Of a stretch of DNA of 64,000 nucleotides, positions 9,707 to 19,105 are shown in pieces. Made by a program: the position numbers and the translations under genes. Each line of letters begins with the position of its first letter. Position 1 is the first letter of the stretch. Origin of the DNA: Motiliproteus sp. (GTDB taxonomy: Bacteria > Pseudomonadota > Gammaproteobacteria > Pseudomonadales > Balneatricaceae); the NCBI GenBank assembly GCA_048265065.1, contig JBLXCH010000004.1:12886-76885 (forward strand), in the 5' to 3' direction. The notes under the pieces are model-generated. The model saw only the letters and a program-made list of their open reading frames with translations. It was not told where the DNA came from and did no database searches.

Positions 9707-10393
9707 TTAGAAGCGTATCCGCTTCCACTCTGTCCTATCGGATACTGGCCCCATTTGGTTTCCGCTTGGTGCACCTTCTGGACCTTCCATAGTGACAACG
9801 ATTTCACTTTCCATGAGTTTTTTCTTCCACTCAGGCTTAAGTTTCATTGTCCGTGTGACATTATCTCCGCCTGGCAAGAAGCCGAGGCTGATGGGTTCTT
9901 TTCCATCAATCATTAGCCAAGCTTCATAGACGGTGTTTTCAGGCATCTTTACCTCTTTGAGGCAGGTAATAGTTAGCTCCTCTTCTTTTAAGGAGGCGTT
10001 CATTACCCAGCCAGGGTCTTCTTTCTCATCTTTGATGAGTTGTACGTACATGTTGTCTGGTGTACTGAAAGGCTGGAACATCACGCCAATCGCTAATAAA
10101 AAGGCAAAAGACATTGCTGCCAGCGGCTGCCAGCTGAACCATGACCACTGGGGCTTAGGTTTAGTTGCTTTCTTAATAGTCGACCAAACGTGAGCAGGTG
10201 GCGAAACAGGAGTTAGACTTTCGTTAAGAACGTCTAGGTGCTCACGCCATTGTGCGACTTCATCTTGAGCATCTTGGCTAACCGCCAACAAAGACTCAAA
10301 ACGTGCTTTTTCAGTTTTGTCTAGAGTCCCCAGTACGTACTCTGCAGCCATTTGGTTACGCTGGTCTGGGTCGCTCAAATCGAACTCATGCAT
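9707..10393 (-). CDS. RskA-type anti-sigma factor
   Basis: N-terminal AAEYVLGTL anti-sigma domain, one TM helix, C-terminal YEAWL and VTMEGPEGAPSG..GPV. Confidence 0.85.
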   Translation of the reverse strand: MHEFDLSDPDQRNQMAAEYVLGTLDKTEKARFESLLAVSQDAQDEVAQWREHLDVLNESLTPVSPPAHVWSTIKKATKPKPQWSWFSWQPLAAMSFAFLLAIGVMFQPFSTPDNMYVQLIKDEKEDPGWVMNASLKEEELTITCLKEVKMPENTVYEAWLMIDGKEPISLGFLPGGDNVTRTMKLKPEWKKKLMESEIVVTMEGPEGAPSGNQMGPVSDRTEWKRIRF

Positions 10394-10944
10394 GTTTGCA
10401 ACCTCGCCAGTCCACGTCGAATCCAGGTTTTTACAGTGCCTAAGGCAATCTCTGTCTTATCAGAAACACCTTGATGACTTAGCCCATCAAAGTAAGCAAG
10501 CTCTATACATTGGCGTTGCTCTTGTGGGATTTCACCTAAACAACGATGAAGCTGCTTGGTGTCTTGCATGTGGCTAACCTGTTGTTCTTGACCGGCACTT
10601 CCATCTTCTAGTGTATCTAATGCGTCATCACCATCATGCAAATCGCTATGGCGGTTACGGCGCAGCATATCCAAAGCTTGGTTTCGCGTTATTGTATTCA
10701 TCCATGTTTTGGCTTTGGCTTTGGCGCAGTCGTAACTGCCTGCATTTCGCCAAACACTCATGTAAACCTGTTGAAGGCAATCTTCCGCGAGGCTCTGGTC
10801 TTTTAATATACGCAGGGCGACACTGAATAGATTCGATGATGTGAGTTCATAAAGAGATTGTAAGTCTTGATGACGATCTTGCGCGCAGCCTTGAAGAAGT
10901 CCGGCTAGCTTTAACTGCGTTTCGTCGCTGTTTGTATTCGTCAT
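10375..10944 (-). CDS. ECF sigma-70 factor, SigK-like
   Basis: LYELTSSNLFSVALRIL, AEDCLQQVYMSVW, WMNTITRNQALD, region 4 LGTVKTWIRRGL; overlaps the anti-sigma gene. Confidence 0.93.
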   Translation of the reverse strand: MTNTNSDETQLKLAGLLQGCAQDRHQDLQSLYELTSSNLFSVALRILKDQSLAEDCLQQVYMSVWRNAGSYDCAKAKAKTWMNTITRNQALDMLRRNRHSDLHDGDDALDTLEDGSAGQEQQVSHMQDTKQLHRCLGEIPQEQRQCIELAYFDGLSHQGVSDKTEIALGTVKTWIRRGLARLQTCMSSI

Positions 10945-11179
10945 AAATATTGGAACCTTGTGGCATCCTGACGGTGTTGAAAACTAATAATAATCGTCGG
11001 CGGCAAATGAGGGAAGCCTGCTTCGTATCGAGTCTATGAGTCGCAGAATTAAGGAAAGTTGCGGCTAACGGCTAAATACTACAAAACTAACAAGGAGTTA
11101 ACGAATAATCAGGTAAGCTGGAAGAAGAGGGAGGCTGGCTCGCTAGCTTGCCTGCCTCTGTATTTAACGATGCTTTGTC

Positions 11180-11368
11180 TTATTTTTGCTTCTGCTTTGC
11201 CACTTTACGCTTTAATGCAACCGCAGAGACAGCAACGATAGAAACTACGGCGAAAATGCTGAGCGCATGAATAGGATTGCTTAACCAGTGACTGTGATCA
11301 TGACCGGCGTGAGCAAGTGCTGCCGTTGAAGTAAAGCCAGTAAAAGCAGCCGTTAAAATACGTAACAT
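11180..11368 (-). CDS. Small His-rich membrane protein (signal peptide, HAGHDHSHW, TM helix, basic tail)
   Basis: 62 aa ORF with RBS GAGG; AALA|HAGHDHSHW cleavage pattern. Confidence 0.8.
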   Translation of the reverse strand: MLRILTAAFTGFTSTAALAHAGHDHSHWLSNPIHALSIFAVVSIVAVSAVALKRKVAKQKQK

Positions 11369-11419
11369 TTTCTATACCTCTGATTTTCTCACTGTCAAAG
11401 TGAGTGGAACAACAATTTT

Positions 11420-11500
11420 TAACTTCAATTTTTTAACTTTAATTTGTAACTACGGTTTGTAGCTTAAGTTTGTAGTTTAAGTTTGTAATTACAAATTTTG
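11420..11500. repeat. Degenerate 13-bp tandem array, about 6 copies
   Basis: taacttcaattttt / taactttaatttg / taactacggtttg / tagcttaagtttg / tagtttaagtttg / taattacaaattttg. Confidence 0.8.
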
Positions 11501-11692
11501 ACTAATCGTGAGTGACGGTACGGCGATAGGTATTGGTAATCCAGTCGTTGGCAATATAGCCATTGGTAATACAGAGCGCTAAAGCATAACTCATCAAAGG
11601 TAACGATAGTAATTAACTGCGACTCGGTTGGAAACCCCTTTTCTTAAAGCGCTTCCTATTCTTCGTAATTATACGTAGTCATTAAACCGCTT

Positions 11693-12301
11693 TTACCAGT
11701 CGATACCAGCTTGGGCTTTAATACCTGCTTTGAAAGCATGTTTGATATTTTTTACTTCGGAAACAGTATCTGCGAGTGCTTCAAGCTCATCCGGTAAAGG
11801 ACGTCCGGTGATGACCACGTGTTGATGTTCAGGACGATTTTTCAATAAAGTTAGTAACTCTTCTAATGGTAAATAATCAAACTTATACATATAAGTGATT
11901 TCATCTAGAATCACGAGATCAAAGTCAGGGTTGGTTAGCATGGTTTTTACATGCTCAAACGTTCCGGTTGCCGCCGTGGTATCGGCTTCGCGGTCTTGAG
12001 TGTTCCAGGTGAATCCTGTGCCCATGGTTTTGAACGTGACGTCAGGCAGCTTCGCAAAAAACTTTTCTTCGCCGGTTTCCCATTTCCCTTTAATAAATTG
12101 GACAATGCCGACTTTTTTGCCGTGGCCAAGTGCGCGAGCGACCATGCCAAATGCGGAGCTGCTTTTGCCTTTTCCTGTGCCGGTGAGGATTAACAGCACA
12201 CCGCGTTCAATTTTTGCGTCAGCAACTTGTTGATCAATTACATCTTTCTTTCGTTGCATGCGATTTTTGTGACGTTGGTTGCGATCTTCTGAATCACTCA
12301 C
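11693..12301 (-). CDS. cobO: Cob(I)yrinic acid a,c-diamide adenosyltransferase
   Basis: LTGTGKGKSSSAFG, VQFIKG, MGTGFTW, ILDE, VVITGR, KHAFKAGIKAQ.GID. Confidence 0.96.
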   Translation of the reverse strand: MSDSEDRNQRHKNRMQRKKDVIDQQVADAKIERGVLLILTGTGKGKSSSAFGMVARALGHGKKVGIVQFIKGKWETGEEKFFAKLPDVTFKTMGTGFTWNTQDREADTTAATGTFEHVKTMLTNPDFDLVILDEITYMYKFDYLPLEELLTLLKNRPEHQHVVITGRPLPDELEALADTVSEVKNIKHAFKAGIKAQAGIDW

Positions 12302-12329
12302 GTAATGTTCCTTTTTTTAATTTTTTACT

Positions 12330-13376
12330 CTATGGCTTACTGACTGTTTTATCGAGTGCTGTAGCAAGCGTTTGCATTTCTTTGGGTGTTGCGGGCAGTC
12401 CGAAGCGAATAAGTTGATGTTCTGGGAATGCGCGAACTAGAATCCCTTGCTCTCCTAAACGAGCATAGGTTTGTTCTGCTGATTCGACCCGAACTGTTTG
12501 AAAAAGTGCTGTACCCATCGCCGGTGCAGAAAAGTGTTTTGTTAGCACTAGTGCCAACTCTGTTGCAGTTTTTTTCAATAAAGTTACATTTTTTTGTTGC
12601 CACTCGTTATCCATGAAAGCCTGTTTAGCGACCCAGCGAGTAGGGGTGCTGAGTGTCCAAGGCCCGAGTGCGTGATCAATTTTTTTGAGTAAATCAGGTT
12701 CTGCGAAAACGGAGCCACAACGAACACCGGCTAACCCGAAAAACTTGCCAAGAGAGCGGAGTACGATCAGGTTTGGCTGAGGGCAAAAGGGCGTTAAGCT
12801 GAGTTCGGGCTGGGTATCAATAAAGGCTTCATCGACAATAAGCCATCCTCCTTTAGCTGACAAGGTTTCATGCCAGTCGAGCAGCTGTAACGGATCAACC
12901 GCTCGCCCTGTAGGGTTGTTTGGGTTGACGACAATCAGTACGTCTATGACATCTAAATCAATATTTTTTTCATCACATAGAATGGTCTTGTGTCCGGCCT
13001 TTTCCCACGCAAGTTCATGTTCATAATAGCTGGGTGAGAATAGGCCAATAGTTGAGAGTTGGGGGCGTAGAGCGGGTAAAAGTTGAATAACGGCTTGAGA
13101 GCCTGCTGTCATTAACAATTGATGACAGCCATAGTATTCTGCGGCGGCAACTTCCAGTCCATCATTATGTTCAGGTAGGCGTGCCCAGCACTGGGCAGGA
13201 ATGTCCTGAGGCTGCCACCCGTGTGGGTTAATTCCTGTGGATAGGTCTAGCCATTCTTCAGCTGGAATACGAAAGCGTTGGATAGCCTCCTGTAGACGGC
13301 CACCATGAAGGTGTCCTGCTGGCTGAAACGGAGGTTGAGTGACTAACTTATCCATCGGTGAAGCTTGCTTTATCAA
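12330..13376 (-). CDS. cobD: L-threonine-O-3-phosphate decarboxylase (CobD; CobC in Pseudomonas nomenclature); start may be ATG 13355
   Basis: HGGRL, WLDLSTGINP, VNPNNPTG, IVDEAF, LRSLGKFFGLAGVRCG. Confidence 0.92.
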   Translation of the reverse strand: MIKQASPMDKLVTQPPFQPAGHLHGGRLQEAIQRFRIPAEEWLDLSTGINPHGWQPQDIPAQCWARLPEHNDGLEVAAAEYYGCHQLLMTAGSQAVIQLLPALRPQLSTIGLFSPSYYEHELAWEKAGHKTILCDEKNIDLDVIDVLIVVNPNNPTGRAVDPLQLLDWHETLSAKGGWLIVDEAFIDTQPELSLTPFCPQPNLIVLRSLGKFFGLAGVRCGSVFAEPDLLKKIDHALGPWTLSTPTRWVAKQAFMDNEWQQKNVTLLKKTATELALVLTKHFSAPAMGTALFQTVRVESAEQTYARLGEQGILVRAFPEHQLIRFGLPATPKEMQTLATALDKTVSKP

Positions 13377-13457
13377 TATTCGCTGAGGGTGGTGTTATTT
13401 GTGTTTGTTTCGCTGCTGTGTTGATCGTAAAAGCTGATTCCTGACCATGCCTGCTGA

Positions 13458-14399
13458 TTAAAGTAACCATAGACATACTCCTTCAATTACGGCGGTTGCT
13501 CCTAACCAAGCAATAACCGCATGATTCACTAGGCTTGAGGCGCGCGGAATGTCTGCAGCTATAACATCGCGACCACAACCCAGGACAGTGCGTTGTTTGC
13601 GTACTCCGTGATAGATTGCATCACCACCCAGTTTGATGTTGAGGGCGCCAGCTCCCGTTGACATGATTACCCCACCGTTTGGGCTAGGGTAGTGTTTGGC
13701 TTGGTTTTTCCAACAGTTGAGAGCATCTTGTCGATGCCCTAGAAATGCTAAGCTGAGCGCCCCAAGGCGAGCGGGAATCCAGTTTAATAGGTCATCGAAT
13801 TTAGCCGCAGCCCAGCCGAAATTATTGTATCGTTCAGTCCTGTAGCCCCACATAGCATCAAGCGTGTTGCTCAAACGGTGTAGAAGCGCTAGAGGCAAGC
13901 CGCCAATGACAAACCAAAAAAGCGTCGCGAAACAGGCATCGTTGCTGTTTTCTAAAATAGACTCAACGGTGGCAGTGGTAACCTCTTTGCTGGACATGTC
14001 TGCTGTTTCTCTACTGACAATCATAGAGACGGCTTTTCGTGCCTCCGTTAAATCACCGATTTTTAATGGCCTATAAATGTTCATTGCGTGTTCGTGCAAG
14101 CTTTGCCGCCCAAGACAGAAGTAAAGCCCAATGATTTGTACGGTGACAGCTAGCGTTGTAGAGATATCGTCAATGCCACTAATTATGGCCTCCAGAATTA
14201 GAGCCGGGACTATGGTTAACGTGATCACTGCTATCACACCAACACTACGAGATTGAAGTGATGAGTGTTGCTTAAAGAGGTTGAGCAGCTGCTCTGTTTT
14301 ATTGGCAAACGTGCCGAAGTAAATTAGCGGGTGATGATTCTTGATCTCGCCGTAACGCCAGTCGAGTAGTACGGCCAACAGCATTGAGATAAAGGTCAT
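13458..14399 (-). CDS. cbiB: Adenosylcobinamide-phosphate synthase
   Basis: HPLIYFG, VSMIVSRET, ESILEN.ND, NTLDAMWGY, DDLLNWIPARL, SPNGG. Confidence 0.95.
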   Translation of the reverse strand: MTFISMLLAVLLDWRYGEIKNHHPLIYFGTFANKTEQLLNLFKQHSSLQSRSVGVIAVITLTIVPALILEAIISGIDDISTTLAVTVQIIGLYFCLGRQSLHEHAMNIYRPLKIGDLTEARKAVSMIVSRETADMSSKEVTTATVESILENSNDACFATLFWFVIGGLPLALLHRLSNTLDAMWGYRTERYNNFGWAAAKFDDLLNWIPARLGALSLAFLGHRQDALNCWKNQAKHYPSPNGGVIMSTGAGALNIKLGGDAIYHGVRKQRTVLGCGRDVIAADIPRASSLVNHAVIAWLGATAVIEGVCLWLL

Positions 14400-14474
14400 A
14401 TTCTTGATCGAGTGCGTAATAAGTAGAGCTCATCATACGCTTTGACTAGACAAATCTAAAGGGCAAGGTAGTCT

Positions 14475-14497
14475 AACGGCATTGAACGAATGCCGTT
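14475..14497. promoter_or_regulatory. Inverted repeat between divergent cbiB and cobQ
   Basis: AACGGCATT-GAACG-AATGCCGTT. Confidence 0.45.
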
Positions 14498-14528
14498 CCA
14501 CTAGTGATTCACTAAACAGAGAATTTTC

Positions 14529-16070
14529 TTGAAAAACCCTCATACATTGATGATACAAGGCGCCACATCCGATGCGGGGAAGAGTGCGTTGGTTACCGGT
14601 ATTTGTCGCTTACTGCAGCGCAATGGTTACCGTGTTGCACCGTTTAAACCGCAGAATATGGCATTAAATAGTGCAGTCACCATTGATGGTGGTGAAATAG
14701 GACGAGCGCAAGCGGTTCAGGCTCAAGCCAGTGGCATAGAGCCACATACAGACATGAACCCCATTTTACTTAAACCGAATACAGATACTGGTGCGCAGGT
14801 GATCATCAATGGGCATCCTGTCGGTGATATGGATGCTCGAAGTTATCATGCGTTTAAGCCCAAAGCGATGAGTGCTGTGTTGGCCGCGTATGAGCGATTG
14901 AAAAAAAACTACGACGTTGTGTTGGTTGAAGGTGCTGGGAGTCCCGCGGAAATTAACTTACGGGATAAAGATGTCGCAAATATGGGGTTTGCTGAAGCGA
15001 TTGATTGCCCCGTACTGATTATGGCTGATATTGATCGAGGCGGTGTCTTTGCTCATTTAGTCGGCACTTTGGAGTTGCTGAGTCAATCTGAGCAAGATCG
15101 CGTTCAAGGGTTTGTGATCAACAAATTTCGTGGTGATGTTGGATTACTAACGCCAGGTAATGATTGGCTCACGCAGAGAACAGGGAAACCTGTTGTTGGG
15201 GTTCTACCTTTTTTGAAAGGACTTTATTTAGAGGCTGAAGACGGGCTTTCACAGCAATGGAGTGGGGTTGAAAATCATCAGGCTGCAGAGGGCTCTGGTG
15301 CTCCAGAGAGTGATCAGCGGTTGAAGGTGGTTGTTCCTGTGCCGCCAAGAATTTCTAATCATACGGATTTTGATCCACTGCGTTTGCATCCATCCGTGGA
15401 TTTTTCCTTTGTGCGCCAGGGAGAAGCATTGCCGTCAGCTGACCTGATTATTTTGCCAGGCTCCAAAACGGTGAGTGCTGATTTGATCTGGCTTCGTGAA
15501 CAGGGGTGGGAGCAAGCAATTCAGAAGCATCTACGCTATGGCGGTAAGTTGTTAGGTATTTGCGGAGGTTTTCAAATGTTAGGCCAAGCGATTATAGACC
15601 CTGACAAAGTGGAAGGGGATCGCGAGTCTATACAAGGCTTAGGCTTGCTGGATTTTACCACGACACTCTATCCACAAAAGCAGTTACACCGAGTTGAAGG
15701 AACGCTGGCGTTAGATACCGCAGGCAAGTTGTCGCCTAGTGCCGTTATTGGTTACGAAATCCACGCAGGGCTGAGCAAAGGGAGAGCGCTTGATAAACCA
15801 TTGGTGCGGTTAAATGATAGAAATGATGGTGCTATTTCAGACGATTTACAGGTAGCGGGTACCTATTTGCACGGTATTTTTGAGGCGCCGGAAGCATGCG
15901 AAGCGTTGCTGGCTTGGGCAGGTCTGAGTAATAAAGCGCCAGTAATGGACTTTAATCGCATTCGAGAAGCGGGAATCAATACAATGGCTGATGCGGTTGA
16001 AGACTCTATCGGTTTGTCTATGTTGCTCAAGCTGTTGGCCATCGAGTCTATGCCCTCAAAAGCTCTTTAA
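14529..16070 (+). CDS. cobQ: Cobyric acid synthase
   Basis: [60 protein letters not shown]; TTG start. Confidence 0.97.
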   Translation: MKNPHTLMIQGATSDAGKSALVTGICRLLQRNGYRVAPFKPQNMALNSAVTIDGGEIGRAQAVQAQASGIEPHTDMNPILLKPNTDTGAQVIINGHPVGDMDARSYHAFKPKAMSAVLAAYERLKKNYDVVLVEGAGSPAEINLRDKDVANMGFAEAIDCPVLIMADIDRGGVFAHLVGTLELLSQSEQDRVQGFVINKFRGDVGLLTPGNDWLTQRTGKPVVGVLPFLKGLYLEAEDGLSQQWSGVENHQAAEGSGAPESDQRLKVVVPVPPRISNHTDFDPLRLHPSVDFSFVRQGEALPSADLIILPGSKTVSADLIWLREQGWEQAIQKHLRYGGKLLGICGGFQMLGQAIIDPDKVEGDRESIQGLGLLDFTTTLYPQKQLHRVEGTLALDTAGKLSPSAVIGYEIHAGLSKGRALDKPLVRLNDRNDGAISDDLQVAGTYLHGIFEAPEACEALLAWAGLSNKAPVMDFNRIREAGINTMADAVEDSIGLSMLLKLLAIESMPSKAL

Positions 16071-16230
16071 ACCGTTTGGTATTCTGTTGGGGTATCAGCT
16101 AATAGATGATTTTCACTGTCAGCTCGCTATAATCACAGCCTTAGCGTAATTGTTATCAACGAAAGACGAGGTTACTGTCTTTTGCTTGATACTCATTTAA
16201 TGAATTATCAGTGTCGAGAGCTTAACTAAC

Positions 16231-17436
16231 GTGATTATCAAACCAAAGATCCGTGGCTTTATTTGTACAACTGCCCATCCTGTTGGCTGTGAAGCTAACG
16301 TTCAGCAGCAAATCGATTTCACTAAAAGCCAAGGTAAAATTGAAAACGGGCCTAAGAAAGTGTTAGTGGTTGGTGCTTCTAGTGGCTATGGGTTGTCATC
16401 TCGAATTGCTGCAGCTTTTGGAAGTGATGCGGCAACTATTGGTGTGTTTTTCGAAAAGCCTGGCACCGAAAAGCGTAATGGTACGGCTGGTTGGTATAAC
16501 TCGGCTGCATTTGATAAGGCTGCCAAAGCAGAAGGTTTGTATTCTAAAAGTTTAAATGGCGATGCCTTCTCTCATGAAGCTAAACAAAAGGCGATTGACC
16601 TTATCAAGGCTGACTTAGGTGAGATTGATATGCTCGTCTATTCGTTGGCGTCACCTGTTCGCAAAATGCCTGACACTGGAGAAGTCATCCGCTCGTGCCT
16701 TAAACCTATTGGCGAGCCATACAGCTCTACGGCGGTTGATACCAATAGCGATAAAATTATCGAAGCCTCTGTTGAGCCTGCCACTGAGCAAGAAATTAAA
16801 GACACTGTTACTGTGATGGGGGGCGAAGACTGGGAGCTTTGGGTTAAAGCCTTATCTGAAGCGGGTGTGTTGGCGAAAGGCTTCCGTACAGTTGCGTATA
16901 GTTACATCGGTACTGATATCACTTGGCCTATTTATTGGGATGGCGCTTTAGGTAAAGCGAAGATTGATGTTGATCGTGCAGCGAATGACCTTGACCAGCA
17001 GCTTAAAACAATTGATGGCGGCGCTAATGTTGCGGTACTTAAAAGCGTAGTAACACAAGCCAGCTCAGCAATTCCTGTCATGCCGTTGTACATTGCGATG
17101 TCGTTTAAGATTATGAAAGAGCAGGGTATACACGAAGGTTGTATGCAGCAGATTGACCGAATGTTTCGTACGCAGTTGTTTGCTGCGGATTCTGCGGCAA
17201 TTGAGACCGACGACGCTAATCGAATTCGTATGGATGATTGGGAGTTGCGTGATGAAGTACAAGATGCTTGCCGTGAAATTTGGCCGAAAGTGACCACGGA
17301 GAACTTACGTGATTTGACCGATTATCAAGGTTATAAAGATGAATTTCTTCGTTTGTTCGGCTTCGGCATAGAAGGTGTGAATTATGAAGAAGATGTGGCG
17401 ACAGTTGTAGACTTTGATGTTGAAGATATCGACTAA
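16231..17436 (+). CDS. fabV: Enoyl-ACP reductase FabV
   Basis: [44 protein letters not shown]. Confidence 0.97.
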   Translation: MIIKPKIRGFICTTAHPVGCEANVQQQIDFTKSQGKIENGPKKVLVVGASSGYGLSSRIAAAFGSDAATIGVFFEKPGTEKRNGTAGWYNSAAFDKAAKAEGLYSKSLNGDAFSHEAKQKAIDLIKADLGEIDMLVYSLASPVRKMPDTGEVIRSCLKPIGEPYSSTAVDTNSDKIIEASVEPATEQEIKDTVTVMGGEDWELWVKALSEAGVLAKGFRTVAYSYIGTDITWPIYWDGALGKAKIDVDRAANDLDQQLKTIDGGANVAVLKSVVTQASSAIPVMPLYIAMSFKIMKEQGIHEGCMQQIDRMFRTQLFAADSAAIETDDANRIRMDDWELRDEVQDACREIWPKVTTENLRDLTDYQGYKDEFLRLFGFGIEGVNYEEDVATVVDFDVEDID

Positions 17437-17470
17437 GCAATTCTGAATGTAGTTAAGGTATTGTTATCGT

Positions 17471-17498
17471 AAAAGGCAGTCTTCGGGCTGCTTTTTTT
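17471..17498 (+). terminator. Intrinsic terminator of fabV
   Basis: GGCAGTC-TTCG-GGCTGCT followed by T-run. Confidence 0.85.
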
Positions 17499-17553
17499 AT
17501 GACTGTATATAATGAGGGTGCGGTAACAGGGGGTGAAAGAGAAAATTTAGGCG

Positions 17554-17580
17554 AAAAAAAAGCAAGCTAAAAAGCCTGCT
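17554..17580 (-). terminator. Intrinsic terminator of the csp gene
   Basis: Minus strand AGCAGGCT-TTTT-AGCTTGCT-T7. Confidence 0.8.
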
Positions 17581-17606
17581 CTTTTCTGTGTAACTTTAAT
17601 TAAGAA

Positions 17607-17816
17607 TTAAAGTACAACGATGTTCTCAGCTTGTGGACCCTTTTGGCCTTGAGTAACAGAAAACTGTACTGCTTGACCTTCGACCAAAGTTTTGAAACCA
17701 GAACCGCTGATAGCGCTAAAGTGAGCGAAAACGTCTGGACCAGACTCTTGCTCGATGAAACCAAAACCTTTAGCTTCGTTGAACCACTTAACGGTACCAG
17801 TAACTGTGTTTGACAT
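17607..17816 (-). CDS. Cold-shock protein, CspA family, 69 aa
   Basis: [15 protein letters not shown] (RNP1), DVFAHFSAI (RNP2), KGPQAENI; start moved to MSNTVTG. Confidence 0.97.
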   Translation of the reverse strand: MSNTVTGTVKWFNEAKGFGFIEQESGPDVFAHFSAISGSGFKTLVEGQAVQFSVTQGQKGPQAENIVVL

Positions 17817-18057
17817 AATAGTAAATCCTGTAAATAAAATTAATACGCCTTTCTGGGGCGAGAGTAGCAAAAAACAGACTTAATTTAGAAACTTACAGGA
17901 CGATGTACTACTAAAGTTGCAACGTAATGAAGATATAAATAACAGACTTAATTTTTAGCTGAAGCTGATAGTAACCTTTCAGTTTTCCCTTGTAAAGTAG
18001 TCTACGGAATTATTTTACACCTTATTGTTTTGATTATTTCCTTTTTATTTCAATATG

Positions 18058-18103
18058 TTCCAGTAAAGGGTCAGTTGCTTGTTTCCTTTACTGGAATTTT
18101 TTT
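18058..18103 (+). terminator. Hairpin with plus-strand U-tract between cydB and csp
   Basis: TTCCAGTAAAGG...CCTTTACTGGAA 12-bp stem then T7 on the plus strand. Confidence 0.65.
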
Positions 18104-18106
18104 CGA

Positions 18107-19105
18107 TCAATAGTACTTCAGATCAGTCGCTTTTCCCCAAAAAACACGATATAGAAATAGCGTGTAAGCCAGTATGACAGGTACCACAATAGCAGCACCG
18201 ACCAAGATGAACTTGAGTGATTCTGGCGCACTAGCAGCTTCCCAAATGGTGAGCTGGTTCGGCACGATATAAGGGTAAAAGCTAAAAGCTAGGCCTTGGA
18301 AACAGAAGAAGAATATAAATATCGCGGCAACAAAGGGAATCCAGCAGCCGAAGTCATTCTCCATTGGGATTTTTTTGAGTAATTGGTCGACCAGAAGAAA
18401 GAGCCCAAAGCACACAATAGGGATTGGCATTAGCACAATTGCGTTAGGCAAGCTCAACCATTTTTCAAAAACAATGGGGTTAGCAAGTGGGTTGACGATG
18501 CAAACGGCAAAAACGCCAAGCGCGAACAACCAGCCAGCTTTGCGCCCCCATGCGGCGGCTCTAATTTGCAGTTCACCTTCGGTTTTCAGTACCAACCACG
18601 CTGCGCCTATATAACTGTAAGCTGCAGTGACCGAAACTGCGCTTAAGCAGGCGAAAATATAAGCGTAAATGGTTTCGCTGAAGCCTACTACGTACATTCC
18701 AAGCATATAGCCTTGCGTTAGTGTGGCAATGAGGGAGCCAGCTTTAAATGCCTTATCCCAGCTTTCTCGATGTGTAACCACCGCTTTTGCACGGAAGTCG
18801 AAAGCCACGCCTCGCAGAATCAAACCGATGAGCATGAAAGCCGCAGGTAAATAGAGCTCTGCGAGTACTAAACTATGAGCGCTAGGAAATGCGATCAGCA
18901 TGACACCCACGGCGAGAACTAACCACGTTTCGTTGGCGTCCCAAAAAGGGCCGATAGAGGAGATCATTCGGTTGCGGTATTCTTCTGAGTCAGCGGGTAA
19001 TAGAATCCCTACACCTAAGTCATAACCGTCTAAAAGTGCGTAAATTAATATGGCAAATGCCATCAACCCAGCGAAAACTAGCGGTAACCAATGTGCTTCG
19101 TTCAT
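18107..19105 (-). CDS. cydB: Cytochrome bd (CIO-type) oxidase subunit II
   Basis: LDGYDLGVGIL, IGPFWDANETWLVL, ILRGVAFDFR, YTLFLYRVFWGK. Confidence 0.96.
   Translation of the reverse strand: MNEAHWLPLVFAGLMAFAILIYALLDGYDLGVGILLPADSEEYRNRMISSIGPFWDANETWLVLAVGVMLIAFPSAHSLVLAELYLPAAFMLIGLILRGVAFDFRAKAVVTHRESWDKAFKAGSLIATLTQGYMLGMYVVGFSETIYAYIFACLSAVSVTAAYSYIGAAWLVLKTEGELQIRAAAWGRKAGWLFALGVFAVCIVNPLANPIVFEKWLSLPNAIVLMPIPIVCFGLFLLVDQLLKKIPMENDFGCWIPFVAAIFIFFFCFQGLAFSFYPYIVPNQLTIWEAASAPESLKFILVGAAIVVPVILAYTLFLYRVFWGKATDLKYY

Noticed and set aside
14400-14528. Cobalamin riboswitch (also sought at 11369-11692 and 13377-13457)
   Set aside because: No GGGAA / GCCCCCGCAACTGT core recognised on either strand
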